From: Candidatus Saccharimonadota bacterium
GTDB taxonomy: Bacteria > Patescibacteriota > Patescibacteriia > 2-12-FULL-60-25
Direction of reading: 5' to 3'
DNA length: 32,000 nt
Assembly (NCBI GenBank): GCA_963718585.1
Contig: OY970357.1
Location: 960,001 to 992,000, forward strand
The notes beneath the pieces are model-generated. The model made no database searches, was not told the DNA's origin, and saw only the letters and a list, made by a program, of their open reading frames with translations. Numbering within the stretch: position 1 is the first letter of the stretch; every line of letters begins with the position of its first letter. Shown in pieces: positions 23,401 through 29,400 of the stretch. The translations under genes and the position numbers were made by a program.

Positions 23401-26400
23401 GACAAGACTGAATGTAGACGTTGAGACATCGAAGATGGATAAGGCACTGGAGCCGAGCACGTAGACATAATGACCTTGCGCCGCGACGTATCGCGCGCTG
23501 ATCGAATTATCAGTCGTATCACCGACGACCGTGCTCGTCGTTGGATGATAGGGATCAGTGATATCCACCCCCATCACAGCACGACGGTCTCCGTAGGTGA
23601 AATAGGCGTGGTTTCCAAGCACCGCCATGTCGCCGAGCCCCTTGGACGTGGATGTCACCACCGTGTCCGACGTTGAGCTGACGGTCCCGTCGAGATCTGC
23701 ATGGAAGATCTGGAGCGTATTGCTCGCCGTCAGGACATACACATAACTGTTCTGGTATTGAACTTTGACCGGGGAACCATCTATGGTCGTTGACACGTTT
23801 GAGAACGTATCATTGGAGATGAGCGTGTTATTGATATCGCCCCCGAACTTCACGTCCACCGTACTCGTCACGGTCTCAAGCGTGCTAGATGCTCCATTAT
23901 AGGTCCAATACAACGCGCGCGGCGGACAATTCGTCTCATCTTTCAGACAGACGCTGACGCCACCGACCGTGAGGCCGAGACTATATTCTCCACGCGTCGC
24001 GGATGTCGCTCCGAGGAAGGTTGAAGTGCCGGATCCGTTCACGGTCAGGAGCTTGGTCGTTTTTATGTCATTCAGGAAGGTTGACGTCACGCTGGAGCCA
24101 GCCGTGAATGCGCCATCCGTATACAATCCGCCGCGACCGATCGTCGCACTCCCCCGGACCACGATATCCCCTCCGACATTCGCATCCCCATTGACGCCGA
24201 GCTGACCGATCTGCGCATTATGTGCGATGAGTCCGTTCGTCTCGATCCCCGTACCTAGGTCAATGACGTCGAAAGGAGTGGATCCATAGTTGATAGCATA
24301 GAGATACCGGCCATTCGCCGTGACCGTATAATACCCGTATGGGTTCGAAAAGGAATTTGCGATGACCGGTCGTGTCGAAGACGAGACATCAATGATGTCG
24401 ATCCCATGTCCGGACAGATTCCCATACAATGCCGCGTAGACATACCGTCCACTCGCATAGATATCGTCAGGAAATACTTGAGACGTCGTCACCTGACCGA
24501 CCACGCTCGGTGAAGATGTTGAGGAGATATCGATGACCGCGATCGTCCCAGACGTATAGTTGTCAACATATGCGAAATGTCCTTGGAGGGCCATGCTCCA
24601 AGCGCCAGGAGCGTCGCCGGTGTACTGATCCGTGTGGACCGAGGAGACCCACCGCATGTTGTTCGGATTCGAGACATCGAAGGTCTCCATCACATCCGAC
24701 CCCTGCGAGATCACATAGGCAAGACCGTTCCGGACGCGGATATCACGCGGCGTAGAGCTGACCGCGGTAGATGAAACGACCTGCATGCTTGCCGGATTGC
24801 TGATATCGACCGAATACAGCTTGTTCGTCGAATTATTGACGATGTAGGCATACCGACCCTCAACATCGATCGCCTGCAATCCGCCGGCAATACTGAGATC
24901 TCCGACCCGATAAGGGTTCGTTGGATCTGATACATCGATGGCTTGGAACATGGTCGCGCCAGCATTATTATCCTGGACGATGTACACATAGTTTCCATCG
25001 ACCTTGAACATATGCGGAACACAGGTACTACATCCGCCAAAGAAAGTATTAGAGATGACGGACGTCGACGATGGCTTTGAAATGTCGTAGATGATCAAGC
25101 GACCAGCGCCGGCGGTGAAGGCGAGATCCCCCTGGATCTGGATGCCGCGCTGAGTGCCATTCGAGGTGGAAACACTCCGCACGGTCGTAAAGGCCGTCGT
25201 ACTTGTCGGCAGGGCGTCTAAATGCCCTGTGACATCGATCGTTTGTCCCGATAAGGTCGGTGACAAGGTTCCATCCGCATTCGTCGTCCATAGGCATCCC
25301 GTGCCGTCAGCGGTACACACCCGCTGTCCGCGCACGGTCAGGTCATTCCCGATGGCGACATTTCCTCCGACCATGAGTCTATTCCCGATGGTCAGATCGC
25401 GATTGATATTCTGATCATCGACGCTCAGGTTCCCGATGTTCGCGGTCGAGATCTTCGCACCCTGCAGATCGATGACATAGAGACCGCTCGAGCCTGTACC
25501 GACGTAGGCATACTTTCCGGACACAGTGATATCCATCGGCGTCGTGCCCCCGGTCGATGTCGTTGTAAGCAGCGTCGGATTCGTCCGATCCGAAACATCC
25601 ACGATGGCGATCTTCCCGTTCCCTACGATGTACGCATAGTCGCCGGACACGACGATGTCTTTCCGTTGACCACTCCCTCCGGTGATCCCCGTCTTTGAGA
25701 CGACGAGCGTCGGGACCGTCGAGCTGGAGATATCAAAGATGTTCAACTGATCCGACCAATTCTCGACATACGCATATCGTCCATCGACATACACATGATT
25801 GGTGTCCACGGAGCTGAAGGTCGGTGTGCTCACGATCGTCGGGTTGAGCGGATCCGAGATGTCGACGACCTCAAAGTGCTTCCCACCGACCCCAAGGGCG
25901 AGATAGGCGTAGTCTCCCCGGATATCAAGACCATAGGCGTAGCTCCCCGAGAGCGTCGCGACGACCGTCGGACTTGCCGGGTCCGAGATGTCGATGACCT
26001 TCATGCCGTCTAAATAATTTGCAACATACGCATATGTGCCCTTGATCCGGATCTGATCGACTTGACGGCTCAGACCGACCGAGCCCATATTCACCGGATG
26101 CGCAGGATCCGAGATGTCGATGACTTTAAATCCATACGAGCTGGAGTGCTCACCTACATAGGCATAATTCCCCGCGACGGCGATCTGCTCAATATCCGTA
26201 AAGCCCGTGGACGTCCCGACAACCACGGGAAGAGCCGGGTTCGAAATGTCGATCGCATAGAAGTTCGTTCCTCCTGCGGCGTACAGGTATTTATTCTGGA
26301 CCGCCGTTCCATAGACCGACCCTGTCCCGTTCGGAATAAGATTAGCCACACCGAGTGGGTTGCTGGGACTATTGACGCTCAATGAACCACCAAGCAACAC

Positions 26401-29400
26401 GTTCTGAGTACTGGTTCCGGTCGTCAGATAATCGCCCGCGCCGTTGTACGTCCAGTCAGGCGACGCACTTGAACAATTCGTCCCGTCCTGGAGACAAACG
26501 GCCTGACCCTTCACCGTCAACCCACCGGCGAACGATGAGGTCACGGATCCGAGGGAGGCGAGCGACGGGACAGAGAAGGTCGAGGGAGTGAATGTGAAAG
26601 CCGTTCCGCCAAACTTTACGTTATCGAGGAAACCAGCATTGAGGCCTGAGGAAGCGCTCGGATCCTTCGCATACATCCATCGGAACGTATGTGCGCCGGG
26701 TCCGACAGAGCCGGTCACGGTCGTCCAGCTCACGAGGCCGCTGATCCGTGACGTATACCCGGCCGTGCGTGTGCAGGCGTCATTATCAAGGCAGAAAAGG
26801 AGATAATCGAAACCTGATTCTGAGCTGACCTGCCAATCGAAACTGTACGTCGTTGTCGCAGAAAACGCTTGCTGGGTTTCTAAGTATGAAGATTGGTTAT
26901 CCGTGATGGGCCCGCTCGTCGCGGACGCGAAACCATCGGTCGACGTGGTCGTGATCCGTCCCCAAGGGAGATTGCCACCCGTCGTCCACCCGCTCGGTGG
27001 GAACGTCGATCCTTCAAAACTCTCCTTTGACTGAGTCGTGACATATCCGTCGCCATAATGCGTGGGACCAGACCCGACCACGAGCTCCCCATTTGTATAC
27101 ACGCTGGATGCAGAACCGATGTTCCCTCCCACGAAGAGGTCATTCCCATTCAGACTGAACGCCGAATCCATGAATGAGGCAGATGAGGACGTCCCACCGA
27201 TCACCACGTTCGTGTTCGTACTGTAGCCGAAGTAGACATTGGATGTTCCGACGGTTCCGCCGGAAAGGTCGAAGTACGCGGCCGCTCCCGCGGTCGAGGT
27301 ATTCGCCGCACCGAGCACGAGGTCGGTCGTCGCGGTCGCGTTATGGACAAAATTACCCGTGGGACTGAAGGTCCAGTTGAGATCCGCCGTGCTGGTGCCT
27401 GAGGAACCGGATACGGTCTGACAATTCGTCCCGTCCGAAAGACACACATTCACATCTTTCACCGTCAGATCCCCCTCGAAATTCCACAAGGTCGTTGAAC
27501 TTGAGATGAAGGAAAATTTATCTTCTGACGTATTGAATGACACGTTATCGACATTCCCTGCGTTTCGGAACAATAAGTTGCTACTATCCGTCGAAAACAG
27601 CCACCGGAACGTATGTGTCCCAGCGGCGACCGTCCCGCTTACGCTCGCCCACTGTGTTTGACCGCTGATCCGATAGGTATACCCCGATGCACTTGTACAC
27701 GCATCGTTATCCAGACAAAAACTCAAGTAATCAAAGTTGGTCTCAGAACTGACTTCCCAGTCGAAACTGTATGTCGACGTCGCGGGGAAGGTCTTCTGAA
27801 CTTCCAAGTAGGTCGATTGATTGTTGTTGATGAAACTACTTGAGGCAGAGGCGATCCCATCTGTCGATGTCGCCGTCGTCCGTGCCCAGACCGCGTCGCC
27901 GCCCGTCGTCCAGTCGGAGCTCGGCGGGAACGTCGACCCTTCGAAACTCTCCGAGATCGTCACCGGGACCAAATGGGCTTCAGCGCTGGAAATATATCCA
28001 TTCCCGTAATGGGTCGATCCATTCCCAGCCACGAACTCTCCATTCGTATAGACACTGCTCGCAGATCCAATGTTCCCACCGACAAAGAGGTCATTCCCAT
28101 TTAAGGAGAATGCCGGATTCATAAAGCCGACGGTCGTGGATGATCCACCGATCACGACATTCGTATTCGTGCTGTAGCCGAAATACACGGTAGACGTTCC
28201 CGCCGTACCTCCGGAAAGGTCGAAGTAACCCGCCGCACCAGCCGTCGACGTGTTCGCGGCGCCAAGGACAATGTCCGTCGTCGCCGTCGCGTTGGAAACG
28301 TAATCACCTGTTCCGTTGTAGGTCCAGTTCAGGTCCGTCGTGCTTCCGCCTCCTCCGCCGGTACAGTTCGTCCCGTCCGCAAGACAGACGAGCTTCCCTC
28401 CGACGGTGAGCCGATTTGAGACTTCCGCATTCGTGGTCGACACGGCAAAGGCGAATGTCGATGTTGCCGTTCGTGATCCAGCGGTGATCGCCCCATCGGT
28501 ATAGATCCCTCCGATACCGGCACTTAGTGCACCGTTGACGGAGAAGTTTCCTGAGACCCACCCACTCCCATCAACGCGAAGCGATCCAAGCTCAGCATTT
28601 GCCGCAACGAGTCCGGACGTTTCCGTTCCGAGAATATCAACGATGGAAAGGCTGTTGGCCGCAGTATTCGAGATATACGCATACCGACCGGAGATGACGA
28701 TCCCCTTCGGGGTTGATGCGGTCGTTGTAGCCGCCAAATGGACCGGACTTCCCGGAACCGAGACATCAAGGACGTCCAATCCGCCATTCGACTGGGTGAT
28801 ATAAACATATCTTCCAGACACCGCGATCCCTTCCGGATAATCCGTATAATAGGTGCTTGAAGCGATGGTCGGTGAAGTGGGATCCGTGACTTTGATGATG
28901 TCGACATCATTATTCAAGAATCCCGCAACATAGGCATAAGCCCCTTGGACCGCGATCCCCTGCGGATTGGTCGTTGGGAGCAATACCGAACCAACGATGG
29001 ACGGAGACAGTGGATCGCTGATATCGATCACAGTGACATACGAAGTCCCTGAATTGATCGCGTAAAGATACTTCCCCTGGACCGCAAGTCCGATCGCTCC
29101 GCTCAACGTGACAGATGTTGCAACGGTTGGATTCAACGGATCCTTAATGTCAAAGATCTCGATCCTATTATTACCAGCGGCAAATGCGTAATTCCCCTGG
29201 ACCGTCAGATCTCCCGTCGCCGTGATGGTCGTAGAGGCAACATCTACGAGTGACGAGGGATTCGAGATGTCATACACGATCAGATGTGTCCCGCAGGTAC
29301 CTAGATTCGTCAGATACGCATACTTCCCGCGCACCGCAATGGATTTGGCATTACAATACGTATTCGCGGTAAGGATATTGATCGGTGTTATGGGATCCGT

